Source of the DNA: Takakia lepidozioides
Taxonomy: Eukaryota; Plantae; Bryophyta
Direction: 5' to 3'
Length of the DNA: 64,000 bases
NCBI GenBank assembly: GCA_030704615.1
Contig: CM060732.1
Location: 32,054,001-32,118,000, forward strand
The first letter of the stretch is position 1. Each line of letters starts with the position of its first letter. Both the position numbers and the translations under genes were made by a program. Under the pieces are notes generated by a model. That model had not been told where the DNA came from and searched no databases. It saw only the letters and a program-made list of their open reading frames with translations. This document shows, piece by piece, positions 24,012 through 37,239 of the stretch.

Positions 24012-24378
24012 AGGATGACAACAGTGTCAAAGAGCCACATTTGGTTGGGGGCTGGCGCAGATGTATCTGTTTGCATTTGGCCTGAAGGCGGGAGGAGGCA
24101 GCCTTGCCCTTTGTCAATCTGTCCAAAGCAACCGAGGCGAAATGGAATTTGGGTGAGTGGATAACCAGATCCAGGTACTGGTACGATTTGACAATCTCGA
24201 CTTCTTGCTGGTTGAAGATGAATCTGTGGTCTGCATGGCCATTGAAAACCATGATCTTAGTTTTGCTAAAATTGACCTGCAACCCATAGTCTTTGGAGAA
24301 TTTTTCCAGGATGTGAAGATAGCGTTGTAGGAAGACAGGAGATTGTGCCAAGAGGGCAACATCATCAGCATAGAGAAA
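24012..24378 (-). mobile_element. LINE reverse transcriptase fragment
   Basis: LYADDVALLAQ (24343-24375), then GLQVNFSKTKIMVF and EIVKSYQYLDL. Confidence 0.9.
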
Positions 24379-25239
24379 TCAAATCAAATGGTACTTTATA
24401 ACGTCCATGGACAGTTCAATGAGCTTATGGGACAAAATGGAAAAAAAAAGAGAGAGGAAACAAAACCAGAGCCAAAAAACAGCCCAAAAGCTACCGAGAC
24501 TAGAAAGGAAAGGGGAGGAACTTCATAACGTCCTTGGGGGCCAGAAAAAAAGACGGAAATTTTCATAACGTACCAAGGGCCATGAGGGCCAATGGGACAC
24601 AGTAGAACAAGAAGTAACCATTTTAGAAACAGCTAAACAATGCCTGAAGACAGTGGCTCCTTGGAGGTAAGCTACTATATACATTTCAGGCCAAGTCTCT
24701 GCAAAAAGCCTGGGAATCTTCAAAGACTACAATAACTGCTCATGCCTTTTAAGACTTGAACAGTTCAGGTCTAATCACTCATCTGGCTCTGAAAGCGATA
24801 TGGTGATGAAGTAGGTCCCACCTGAGTTGACCCATGCCCATTGAGCGCTGCTTTTGCAAAGCTGAATGTGCAGATGCATATGTTTTATCACTGCATTCAA
24901 TCACAATCATATGATGGTTTCCGCTGCTCACATGTAAGAGAGTCTCGGAAGTGGATAAATCGATGTCTTAAATCCATAGCTTCATGGTACAATGATCACA
25001 TGAGAACCTGGAGATGAGTTGAGAATGTGAAGCGGGAATCCACCATTACAGGGATGCCCTGGCATGGATGGGGAGAATAAGTGGTACCTAATGCCATTTG
25101 AATCTGGCACAGTTCCAAATTTCTTATGCTCCTAGAGCAACTGCTCATCCAAGTTCTACATAACAAACACGACTTCAGTACCCGAGAGAAGATAGACAGA
25201 TTTCAAGAAGGAAAACATGACCTTGCCAGCCTTTAAAGA

Positions 25240-26130
25240 ATGTACTCATAAGACGTTTGCCGTAGCCTTGTGGCCATTGACCCCGCGCTCAGTTTGAACG
25301 GAACACAAAGGGACAGAACCTACCTCTGTCAGGGGCACGTCGATAGTAAGACTTACCTTGGTAAAGAACATTGATCCGGGTTTTCCAGATATCCTCTGGA
25401 AATCCCTTCACACAAGCATCATTCGACTGTGTGTGGTTTGCCCAGTAACTAGGCCCCAGAAGGGCCTGGGCTTTTGGCTCAGCCTCGAGACTTTCAAAGT
25501 TGGTAAACATAGGAACAGGCACAATTCCCTTGATAGATTTGAGGAGAGCGTCTCTCTGGTGAGAGTACCCTGGACAGTGTATCAGGAATTGAATATTGTC
25601 TTCGGGTTGCCCACACAACGGGCAATTGCACTCTCCCTTTCCTCTCTGCTTCTGTTTACTGTTCAAAGGTAGGCTTCCTGCCCTGAGTTTAAATTTCAGT
25701 CTAGTGCCGAGAGTGGGTAGACCCTTGAGGTCATCCATGATATCCTCCCCCATGTCACAGACTGGAAACAGGTTCAGGGAAGTTTTCTGCCTAACTTCAA
25801 TTTCATCGGACAATTTTTTGGTAACAGACATGGCTTTGGACACTACAGTCTCTAAGTCAGATTTATCCAGCAAGATCAAGACTTGCGGGTCCAGATTCAG
25901 ATCCTTGAGAATCTCTTCTACTCTCTTCTGCCAGGACTTAGCCTGTTTGACAGGGCGGTCCTGTTTGCAAGATTTAAGCGACTGGGTGCATACCGGGACT
26001 TCCCGGGAGGTCACCCATCCCAGTACTATTGCCAGCCTTTGAAGAAATGAACAGAGAGACAGAGAAATGTAGTCATTGACCTCGACTTGCTGTATAGCAT
26101 ATAGACCCTTACCAGGTTCAGACACGATCG
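25240..26130 (-). mobile_element. LINE ORF2 C-terminus (CCHC) and 3' tail
   Basis: FKLRAGSLPL...CPLCGQPEDNIQFLIHCPGY (zf-RVT-like). Ends GGCCACAAGGCTACGGCAAACGTCTTATGAGTACA, a tail shared with short copies elsewhere. Confidence 0.85.
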
Positions 26131-27378
26131 AAAAGTTGGGGGCAGGGGTGCAGAGGAAAGATATATCTTTATATCTTATATCTTTATGTAAGTTTTGTAT
26201 GGTGAAGAGTCACCCTCACCTTCCGGATGACAGGGTGGCTGCCACGTTCACTGAGGCCGTCTATGACTTCCTCATTTGCTAGAACAGTTCCGAGAGCTGG
26301 ACACCAGTTTACTGCAACCTCTGCCTGCTCCAGCCCTCATTTCCAAGACCATTTCAGTAAATGCAGTCACTGCCAGTGAATGCACTATTAGCCTTGTTAG
26401 CAAACCTCTGTTAGCAAACCTCAGTTCAGGGTTTAGGTTCTATCACGTATTAAAAAAATATATCAATTGATGATGACCAAAAACACTAGTCACCAGCTAC
26501 GTAGGAAGACAGCAGTGGAACAAACACAGAAACCTGGCTAAGTGTTACCTACAACAGAGCCTGACTTACTACAAGTGGACACAATGGATTTTGTTGCAGC
26601 TCTTTAAGAGAGGCTTGGCCCGCTCCCAAAAAAATGTAGAGATTTGTGCGGCCCCGTCTTTTCTCCAAATATCTACCCATACCTATGAGCTTACATCTGG
26701 AAATCTAGATGCTTGCATTAGTGCCTTGCAGGCCTTTTTTGGCCAACCTGGAAAAAGTGACCCCCTGGCCGGAAAACGGGCGTAATTTGCTCATGTTTCA
26801 CTTCTTAAAGAACTGACCCCGCTGCGTCGTTATCGGTGCAGGTGCTGCATCTCGAAGATTCAAATTGCCAAAGGTTGAGAAGACCAGGCAGAAGAGTTTT
26901 TCATTAGAGTGGTGCGATAGAGACCATGGGCGAGCAGATGCGGGGCGCGGAGAGCTTGCTGAGGGTGTTGCGACCTCCATATCTGGGGCGCCCGGCTATT
27001 TCAAGACCTTTCCTTGTTTCTCTTCCGGTCATGGCCTCCCCGTCTGCTTCTTGCAGTACCTGTTGGAGTGCTGCCGCTGGAATCGGAGGGTCCCATACAA
27101 GAGTCTGGAGGGTTTTTGATCCTAGGGGTGGAGTCTCATTCTTTCCTTGGAGCGTTTGGCATTGGCCAGAGCAGGGTCGGTAGCTGGCAGAGCTGGTAAG
27201 AGAGAGAAATTTGGCAGCAGCAAGTGTTAGATATGGTGTGTGGGAGAGATCAACGATTGGTATGGGAAGCACTAGGAGCGATGTTGGTATGGAGAGGAGG
27301 AACTTCCATTGCCAGGCGGCCATCGATGCTCTACTATGGAGCGAATTTTCTTCAAATCGGACACACATGGCCCGTTCC

Positions 27379-29125
27379 ATGTCGGTCTACTACTGATCTC
27401 AAGATTGACTTCCGTACACTCAGTGTCACCTTTGAGTTGGAACTAGCTTCCATTACTTTGTGTGGCGATTTATTTCCTATAACAGACGGCCTATCCGATG
27501 CTTCATGGCCGGAGATCAAGCGCGACTTGTGTGTTGCAGGAACGATAGAAGATCCTGTGATTATCAGTGGTCGTGCAATATGTGCAGTTCCTATAGGTAC
27601 GTTTTCCTTCTTCCAAGCTTAGAAGACTTCTAGCTGCTTTATTGGATAGGTTCTCCCTCTTGTACTTCCTAGAGTTGATTGTCCCTTAGGTTATGTAGAT
27701 TCTTGGCACATAGGTTACTTATGCAGTAATTCCATGGTAATAGTTTGGATCAATGCAGAGGGAGGTCCACCTTTGAAAAGGGCACGAATTGAAGATCCAA
27801 GCTTTCAGTCCTTCGTCCAATCGGCAGCAAAACATTACAGGCAGTGGGAACAAGCTGAGAAGGCTGTTGAAAAGGTTGGTGAGAAGGCTGGAGTGAGAAG
27901 GAGGAGCACAAAAATTTCTTGGCGGTGAGTGGCGATCCGTTTGGTAATTTTTCAAAAGGATTTCTTATTTGGATTCGAAAATGCTATAAAGATTTGAAGG
28001 AGATCATGGCGAAGGCGAAGGAGAGTCGAAGGTTCACTTTATTGGGTACATCGGGCATCGGGAAGTCTTTGTTTACTATTTTTTTGGATATGTTATTGGG
28101 CGACACTGAGAAAGTCGTTTGGAAAGATAAATGCTATCTCCTGGACTTCAGTGAAGAGGGTTCATTGTCAGAAAAGCAAAGGTTGCAAAGGCCTATGGTC
28201 CGTTCTTGGAGGATGGCAGTGAGCTTCGGGTAGTGTATGATGATCTTGTGGCTTGGCTTATTATAGATGGGCGACAGAGCGGTAATTTGAACCATAGGTG
28301 CCATATTTTGCTAGCATGTTCAGCTAGAAAAGAGAACTACAAGGAATTCTCCAAGAATCGGATGGTCTCAATCCAGTATATTCCTATTTGGGCAGAGGAG
28401 GAGATCATCGAATTTCTGACGACTTTGAAGTCCCTAAGGCCAACTATTCACACATGAATGTGCCTGTCAAAGATAAGGCTATTGGCTATTTTCGGCAGCT
28501 AGGAGGCGTGCCGAGGTATGTTCTATGTGCTGAGAAGACTGAAGAACTTTTGCATGAGTTAGGAGAAGCCATCGGTTTGCTTGGGAAGGACACCTGTTTG
28601 AATTTTTTTAGTGGGAGGTTTGAAGAAGAGCACATGAGTGATTGCCTCGTTCATGTGAAGTGTAGGGATGGGAGATATGACACATTCATCTATGACTTCG
28701 CATCCTTGTATGTGCGGGATGAGTTTGGAAATCGCTTTACCAAACTCAGTAAGGTTGAGGTAGTGCGATTTCTGCAGGCTAATGCAGATACCTCCTCGGC
28801 TGGGAATACTTATGGATACATCTTTGAGTTGCTTGCACACGAGGTTATGCAGCGAGGCGGAGAATTCCAGATGAAAAGAGTTGGGTTTCAGGGTAAACCT
28901 GTTGAGGCTGAAGAGGTGGGCAATCTAAAGCTGTCGGATGAAATGAAGGTTGTTCGATTTACGAAGGTAGAGGAGTTACGAGTGTTAAATCCAGAGACGT
29001 ACTACAAGCCTCGCAATGCAAACTTTGAGAGTGTTGACGCACTAGTATCTCCTGATACTTTGCTCCAGTTTTTTAGCTCCCAGAGAGGAAAGCACAGGTA
29101 CGGAATGTATGGTGGAAAAGAGTGA
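27379..29125 (+). pseudogene. Crinkler/RHS-type protein: P-loop NTPase + restriction-endonuclease-like domain, frameshifted
   Basis: IWIRKCYKDL, LLGTSGIGKSLF (Walker A), WLIIDG (Walker B-like), YIPIWAEEEI, LGGVPRYVL, DFASLYV, GYIFELLAH, YYKPRNANFESVDAL..LLQF. Confidence 0.8.
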
Positions 29126-29793
29126 TGTATGACATGTTGGCAGTGTCTGTGTTTTTTTTTTTTTTTCTTTCACAATGATACGATTGCTTGGATATGTTTA
29201 TCTAGAATGGGTGCCTTGGATACGTTTTATTTAGAATATTGGTGCTGCTGCTATAAGTCTAGGGGTAAGTGATGTTCACAAATTTGTATCGTAACCCTAC
29301 CCTTATTGTGCAGACTGGCCATTGGCAGCCTGGCCAGGTGAGGTTATGCAACCATTTGCGGAAGCGGTGGATCAAGGTGCCGGAAATGCGAACCCAAATG
29401 GAAATTATCATTTTCCATACCTGTAGAGCAGCACCTATTATCTCATTTCCCCCCTGAATTCTGTATAGTCCCAGTATTCCATGGTAGATTCATACTTCGA
29501 TAAATTTTGGTTCATGTACTTTTTCCATGGTATTAGTAAGCCTCCAGCAGCCAAGCCCTCGGGAGTTGTCGAACTGCAACAGCATCCAACTTTTGAAAAG
29601 TGGTGGTGAAGCTGTATATTTTAAAACTTTGGATCCAGTCAAAATTGGTGCAGAGTCCCTTATTGTAAATTCTCTGCCTCTTTCGTGAAGAGTGAAACAA
29701 TGAAAGGACCAGATGTGGGCATTTGACGTCTCACCAGTGTTTATTTATTTATTTTGGTTTAGGGTCAACTGAGTCCCTAACTTTGAGTTCCCA

Positions 29794-32018
29794 AGCAGAT
29801 TGATGCTTGTTTGAGTCCCTAACTTTTCTTTTCTCAAAATTGTGGGAATCAGTCAACCTCTTCCCGCAAGATTTGGAGTGGATCAAATGAAGGCTACATG
29901 AACCTGCATTAAACATTGTTCTCTCTCTCTCCTCCATCTCGAGGCTGAGCCTCAAGCCTTGGCCCTCTCGGGGTCTAATTGGTGGGCAGCTCACACAGCA
30001 GATTGATGCTTGTGTGAAGGGCTTTCCAGAGGATATGTGGAAGGCCCAAACTAATTGTTTATATCAATGTTAAGTCCCACTACTGGAGTGAGCCCTCATT
30101 AAGGTAGTGTCTAGATCCTCCTGTTCTGCCCAAACTGGCAGGCTCCATGACCACAAGGCTACGGCCAACAACGTCCTATGAGTACATTCTTTCTCTTGCT
30201 CCCACAATACATTTCTTTCTTTTTCCCGGGCTGTTTGTTGGCTTTTCTGCTCTGCTCTAGTCCCATAATCTCTTTGAGCTTCCCATGAACTCATGCAAAC
30301 CCATTCTTCCATTCTATTTGGTTTGGCAACTGCTAACCACGTGAGGAGAGATTTGTTAAGCTAGGTCAAATAGGTTAGAGGGGCTTACTCTGTCTTATCC
30401 ATGCCTCCAGTCACACAGTATTGTCCGAGTATCTTGTAGGCACAAAGATCTGCAAGGATGCAGATCCTTTTATAAGTAACAAAAGATCAGTATTTGGTTT
30501 CTCTAGCTTTAGTGTTGCATGTACTCATGTATGTGTTCTTGCCCATTCGCATGTCTTCCCAGTGTCATGACAATTGAGACTTGCATATTGACTGGTTTCG
30601 AGATGACTGAAAAGTAACAGCAACATGCTTACGAAGTGGCTTGGCTTTCACTTTTTCATTCTTTCTTGTTCTCTAATCCGTTTTCCCCCCTCCCCACCTT
30701 TCTTCATCCCAATTCAGCCTGGTATCTGCTGCCTCAGGGGCACTAAGAAAGTCTTATTAGTATGGTATGTTTCTCTCCCTCACCCACATTGTGTGTGCAT
30801 TTCTTTGATGGAATGACTTAGAGTGTTCTGATAGAGACATTTTTACTCCCACTTTTGTCCATCAATATGTTTACCCGGATGTCTTGATCACTGCATCAGG
30901 CAAGTATTTGTTTGTTTGTTGACGAGTAGGTGTTCCTCTGTAGGTTACTGCCTGCTCCACCTGTAATGTGAAGAAAGGTGACAAGACGTTGGAGGAAGCC
31001 CACATGAAGCTTATGAAGTTACCCAAGGTCAGTCCTTTTTATACAATGCACAATGCCTGGAACTTTCTAGTGCGAATGACGAGTAAGAGAGCAGGGCTGA
31101 TAAAACTGGATATGCTACTAGAAGCTGAATGAGATCAAATGTGGCACAATTGTACTTTGGTTTATGGGAAGTGCAGAACCTGCTTTTTACCCTGCTTAGA
31201 AGTCAAAACACATGGGGTATCTATTTCTGCTTTGTTGCTCATAGTTGCAGTTGACCTGGCTTCCCCATTGTGATGCACAAGTTGTGTGTGTCTGCAGGAA
31301 CCTAGGGAACTTGACAGCCTGGACCTCCCACCAAATTACAAAACCTTCCGAATTCTCACACGTCACAGATCGACACCTGTTCAATGGCATGATTATTTGC
31401 CCAACAGTCCTCCACTATTTTGAAGGATGCCGGATGCTCTCATGCTCATATTCCTGTGAGGTGATGGCATATGGGGATTTTCTTGTTCAGTATTTGGACA
31501 GCCAGTGAAGTAAAAGATCTTTGGGCTGTGGGTCAGGTGCTGATCAAGAGGGCTGGATAATTCTTTTGAACTGTAAGAATCGCCCTAATGGACATTTGTG
31601 TAAATAGTAATCTTTCTGAGTTTCTTTTTGTAATCAGCACACTTTTGGGGTGAAGAGTTCACTATCATCTTCGAGCAGAGTTTGTAACAGCAGCTGTTTC
31701 TGCGAGGGGTGTTTAGTGTGATGCTCATTTGGTACCATAGTTGAAGTCCTGAATCAAGGATATGTAGAAAGGGACTCGACAATTTGCTGCAATATGTCAG
31801 ACTTTGCAAGCTCTTCCCACTTGAGAATTGTGTTCAGGTGACACCGCAATCTGAATACTTGGGTTGCAGCCCCACAAAGATTTTTTTCAGTTCATGAAGA
31901 GGACGGTCAGAAGAAACCTTCTCAACAAGCCAGGCAGAAAGAAAAGTTGACAGTGATTGCTAAGATGGTGAAAACAACATCGAGCTCAGAAAATTCAGGC
32001 AGAAGATTTGAAAAAAAA
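29794..32018 (+). repeat. Segmental duplicate of the HNH gene 3' half (41068-43909), with orphan exons 30944-31027 and 31298-31423
   Basis: Long near-identical sequence; the ORF track shows twin peptides (31245 vs 43144; 30625 vs 42527). Confidence 0.95.
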
Positions 32019-32267
32019 ATGTTGGAGAGCACCCCACGCTAAGCTGCCCTAAGCCAATATCCTTTTCTTTCCACAGTGACGCACTGCATGCTATATAAAA
32101 TGTGTGGAAACGAGGGTACATGACAAATTAACAATTTGGCAGGCATTCACCCTGGTTACGGTTTATAAACCTGGGGAAGTAGTGCAAAAATCCAGTTGTG
32201 GGAGAGATGGTGGAGTTCTCCTGTCATGTGAACGCAGCAGCCCCACAGCCCTGACTTGTCTCCGGCT

Positions 32268-33553
32268 ATGGAGGCACCGGAGCCGCTTGGAGATGCTCTT
32301 AAATTCATGTTGCTGGCCCTCGCACAGGTAAGCGTAGTACGATCGGAGGCAGTCAATGGTCAGCTTGACGGCTTTATGGGTTGACGGTGGTAGTATTTGG
32401 GTGTGATAAGAGTGATTAACTGTCGTGAATGTGAATCTGAGGATCTCGTTCTAGTCTCCTTTCTGTGGTGGAGGTGTACAATCACAAGTTTGAGGGTTGG
32501 TGAGCTACAATGTTTGGTTTTTTACTCAATTGAGTTCCAGATTGTGTCGTGGTATGTGAGAACTGACTTGAAACTTTAACTTAGGTGTTTTTAGTTTGCA
32601 GATTTGGGTTGGGATTGGGATATTAGAGATGTTTTTTGGGGGATTGAAGGGTAGAGAAGCAATGGGTGTTGCTAAGCGTTTTCCTATTCAGAAGGGGTCG
32701 CGTTGGTGGGTCTGTTATAATTTGAAAAGCTTGGCTTGTGGAGCAGGCGAGGCAGGCACTAGCAAGACTTGAAGTGCCTGTTGGGTATGTTCATATCTTT
32801 CTCACATTTTTTCCCTGCCTCGGTCTGGAGAAAATTGCATGTAGGGCCACTGGAATGTCTTGTGTTTACCACCTTACAGGCTGAGTTCAATTACACATCA
32901 TTTGCATGTCATCTCCACAGGCTGAATTGTTCCGCACTTCAGTTTTGGAAAGAGCGGTAATTAATGACGGGGCTTAGTGTTGAAAAGGTATATGTACCTC
33001 GTGTAGTGTAAGAAGTGGTGCTAAAAGTGAGGGGATGGCCCGCAGGTGCGTGATCGTGCACAACGGGCAGGTCATTGGGATTGGCAGCAACCGCACCAAT
33101 GAGACCAGAAATGTGCATGCCCCATCTCTCTCTCTCTCTCTCTTTGCACCAGCCGGTTTCTTTCAGACCCAATTCTCTCTTATAGGCACCAGAAGCTGGC
33201 CATTCCGAAATACACTACTTCGTCTGAGTCTAAGCAGTGAGTTTGGAAACGATTCACGTTTTCCCCTTCGATGCAAGCCTTGAGGGCCTTGTGTTTGGGT
33301 GTTGGGTACGAGCAGGCAACAAGGCATGCAGAAATGGAAGCGATTGATATGGTACTTGGTCAGTGGCACAAGTCATTGGCTTCCCAAAACTGTGGTTTAA
33401 GACAAGAGCAAGTGGCTGAGAGATTTGGAAACTGTGATTTGTATGTGACATGTGAACCCTGCGTTATGTGTGCAGCAGCCCTCTCACTTTTAGGTCAGGT
33501 ACCACCTATTAATCAACTGCCACAGAAACAGTAAAACATATAACACATACGCC

Positions 33554-33585
<32 letters not shown>

Positions 33586-34952
33586 TGTGCATATATTATT
33601 GTGACATGTAGACATTCAGCTTTGTCAAGTCAAGAAGAGGGAGAGAGGGTTTTGGTCTCTAACTGCCAGACATGGGCTTTTGTGGCATATTTGTGGCTAC
33701 TGAATAGGGTGCTTAACCAACAAGATAATCCAAACTCAACTCAAGAACTAGGAGCCTGCTAACACTTCTTAGGGTTTTGTGCAGGGTTTAGGAAAGTATA
33801 CTATGGCTGTGCCAATGATCGATTTGGTGGATGTGGCTCTGTCTTACCCCTCCATTCCCATGGTTGTGTCCCTTGTGGCTCCAGGTACCCTTCTGTTGAT
33901 GACCCTCACTGTTTGTCTCTCCTCTCTCCTCGTTCTCTCTTGGTTTTCACCCAGGGCCTTCTAGCAGCTAGTAATTTGTTCTTGTGCACTAACACAGTAG
34001 TAGTTATCTCTTGTGCTTTTTACCCTCTTTCTAAACCGGGGCCGTGGCAAATCACACACAGCAGATTGATGCTTGTGTGAAGGGATTTCTAGAGGATATC
34101 TGGAAAACCCGGATTAATTCTATATATGAAGGTAAGTCTTACTACCAACGTCAGCCCCTGACAGAGGTAGGTTCTGTCCCTTTTGTTCCCGCTCAAACTG
34201 GGCGCGGGGTCCATGGCCACAAGGCTACGGCAAACAACGTCTTATGAGTACAATCTAAACCGGGGCCTGCAAGTTGCATGCTGCTGCCTCCTGACTGTGA
34301 AATGGTTCTCTGCTTTAATCACAGGTAGTTATAATCTGGTAAGGGATTAACTTGGTGGTAGGTGATGATATGGTCTTTGAAGTAGGAGTTCCTTGCCAAT
34401 GCACTCTATCGCTATGTTTGGATTTATTGATGGGTGATATGTTTGCAATGATGTCTAGCTCCAGTCTGGAAGGAGCAGAGGCAAATGGGGCAATCAAAAT
34501 CAGGGGTTTTGAGTGCGTCGGTGGTGTGATGGAGGATGAAGCTGTTTCACTACTACGTAGCTTTTATGAGCAAGGAAACCCAAATGGTTTGTGATTCTTT
34601 TTCCCTTCTTTTGGTGGGAGAAGCTTCTCCACAGCCCCCTATCTAAAATAACAGCAGGAAGAAGAGAAGGGGAAGGTTGAGGTGTGGAGAGCCCTTAGGG
34701 TAACAAGCTTGTCCTCAGATCGCACATTTTTATCAGAGTAGAGAGGCAAACGTACAGTTAGTAGTCCTATGCTTGTCAACCTTTTGTCATGTACGGCATG
34801 CCAATTGTTTCCACTAACAATTTAGAGGTGTGACAAAATCATCTTTTCCATGAACATTGCTATCTGGTTCAATTGGGAGAGAATTGATTATCAGTATTGG
34901 TGTTGCAGCTCCACGGCCACATAGGCCTGTCCGCACCGAAACGCATCACTAA
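32268..34952 (+). CDS. TAD2: tRNA-specific adenosine-34 deaminase catalytic subunit, 7 exons (32268-32327, 32747-32784, 33046-33112, 33316-33493, 33785-33884, ~34459-34587, 34909-34952)
   Basis: FMLLALAQ|[13 protein letters not shown]|[14 protein letters not shown]|[26 protein letters not shown]|..[13 protein letters not shown]|..[12 protein letters not shown]|[11 protein letters not shown] and PCxxC motifs present; all introns GT-AG. Confidence 0.95.
34040..34251 (+). mobile_element. 5'-truncated LINE 3'-end copy in TAD2 intron 5 (other copies ~29975-30187, 37810-38021, 38159-38270 minus, 41240-41380, 42205-42270, 42397-42474 minus)
   Basis: [24 protein letters not shown] matches the end of the 25289-26125 ORF; same ...CTTATGAGTACA tail. 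Confidence 0.88.
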
Positions 34953-35402
34953 CTTTGAATCGTGGTTTGGATTTTAGCTATTTTTGGCATCTTGGCGAGT
35001 TACCAAACCTAACGAGTACTGAACTTGAGTGATGATGGAGGAGTTTTGTTGAACCCAGTAGATTTGGATTTGAATCAGTGATTTTGGCTTGAGAGATTTC
35101 AGTCATGGACAAGAACCATTGAGGTTCTTGTGTGACCCCTGGAAATCACCTATTTTGAATGAGAGAGGATCTTATTATACTATGGTACATGCACAGCCAT
35201 TGGCCTTCACAAAAGGAAGTGAGAATATCAAGGGTTTGTTACAGGTGTCATGAACCTGGATCTGGCATGGGTATCTTGTCTTGGCACAATCTTTACTCTC
35301 AATACTGTGAGATGGGAGGCAGAGTGAGACACATCCAATATCAGCTGGAAAGGAGTTCACCTATGGGCTAGGACAGGAGGGAGGAAGGGTGTTTAAGTGG
35401 GT

Positions 35403-35820
35403 CTAACTTATCCCATGTCTCTTAAGTACCCGTTTGGCTGCAAGAGCTGCCACTTCTTTTGCATGCAAGCTGTTATAAGCTATTATGTTGGAAAACTCGT
35501 GCTGTATCTCCTCCTCAACACTTGTGTGGGTTTCACTGAATGAGTTTTCTGCATCTGGTGACCCTCTGCACCAACACAGAGCATTGCATGCACCAACACC
35601 AGCACCTTCCTTCTTCTTCTGCCCTTTCTTTGTGCCATGAATCTCATGGGGTGCAGGTTCAAATCCTGTACAGGCAGAGAATGGACCATGATCTCTGTCT
35701 CTCTCTCTCACACACACACACATACACACACGCACACACGGTTCCTGCACCTCTGTTCACCAACTTTCAAAATCTCGAGGCCGAGTGTAAAGCCCTGGAC
35801 CTGTTGAGGTCTAACTTTTG
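35403..35820 (-). pseudogene. 3' exons of an unidentified gene, truncated at the junction with the XH fragment
   Basis: Exon-like blocks GFEPAPHEIHGTKKGQKKKEG and DAENSFSETHTSVEEEIQHEFSNIIAYNSLHAKEVAALAAKRVLKRHGIS* with plausible splice sites; family not recognised. Confidence 0.35.
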
Positions 35821-36301
35821 GGACCACGAATTTGTACCATACAAAACAGTAGAAGTGGAGAATGGCAAATTTGAGGTATGTTCCCTCTTATACCCTCTTT
35901 CTGAGAACAGGTTTCATTTTTCACTTTGTGCTCATGTTGGGGTGAAGCTGTTAAATCCCAAACATTAACATTTGATGTCCACTCTTCTGCCTGTAAATGC
36001 ATCTCAACGAAACTGCTTTGATGATGTTCTGCAGCGCCGTTTCAATTATGATGATGAGAGGTTTGTGAAGCTGAAAACAGATTTGGGTACTGAGGTCCTC
36101 AAAACTGTAACAGATGCACTCCCAGAGGTGGAGGAGTACAATCCTAGTGGCCGCTATGTCATTGAAGTTGCTTGGAATTTTGAGAAAAACCGAAGGGCAA
36201 GTATGAAGGATATGCTGTTGCACTTATTTGAGGTGATAAAATCTACGGAGAGCAAGGTGAAAGGGGTAGGAGTGAAGCGTAATAGAACAAATAGACCATG
36301 A
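35821..36301 (+). pseudogene. XH-domain (IDN2/FDM family) C-terminal fragment, 5'-truncated
   Basis: DHEFVPYK..FE | RRFNYDDERFVKLKTDLGTEVLKTVTDALPEVEEYNPSGRYVIEVAWNFEKNRRASMKD carries the XH signature EYNPSGRY...WN. Confidence 0.85.
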
Positions 36302-37239
36302 TGCACAAGTGCATGACTAGAAATCTCTGAGGACACTATTCCGATGTAAGTTGAGAGGAAGGAGGGGTTGAAGGACAGTATCTCCCACCTCATTTGGCAA
36401 TAGCAAACAGAAAATATGGGGACCATTGTCCTACCAATTAACAAACCGCCTCTGCACACTCTCCCCAATACAAAAAATCTTCTGGAACAGTACTGGATCT
36501 GCAGTCTTCACCACCAAACCTCCCCTTGCAACAATTAAACAAGCTCTGCAGATCTCTTGCTCTTCCCGCAACGAAGCTTCCCCGCACGCACGCCAAGCTT
36601 GTCTGCACTCTGCACTCTTGTCTCCCTCTCACACCAAAAATCAAACTGCGAAAGATGGATACGGCCAGCACGTGGCACGAGCTGATACGCGACATTGCAG
36701 CACCAATATCACAACAGCCAATGCCTGCAGTCTCGGGCATCCCTAAAATGCTCTCTCGGGCAGAATATGCTGCCCGAACTTCAAACAGGCAACGTCATAA
36801 GTTAAGACGGACGACGGACGACGCCATCTGGTGACCGGTATGACCGGCAATGAAGGGTGGTGGTGGGAGGGGCTTTATAGTACCTTGTAAAGTTGTCCGT
36901 GGGAGCCGTGTCGCTCAATTCTTTGCAGCCACGCTCTCGCTCGCTTCTCGGATTATTGTTTCTGCACCTGATCTCGCATTGAGCCGCTTGCTTTAGAATT
37001 CGTCTTGAATCTTGCATCCCTCACCCTTGCTGCTGCCGGGATCCTTTGGGATTGTGTCTGCTGCCAGGAGTCGATTTCCAAGTTTGGCTCTTGGCTCGTA
37101 GCACGGAAGCAAATCAAGAATGAGACGAGGGGTTGGAGCTGCCACACTGGGGTACGCTTCTAGGGAATTCGCATGAATTTATGAGTAATTCGATCCAAGT
37201 ACAGCATCGAACCAGAGTGCTTTAAGAGGTATAATCGCC

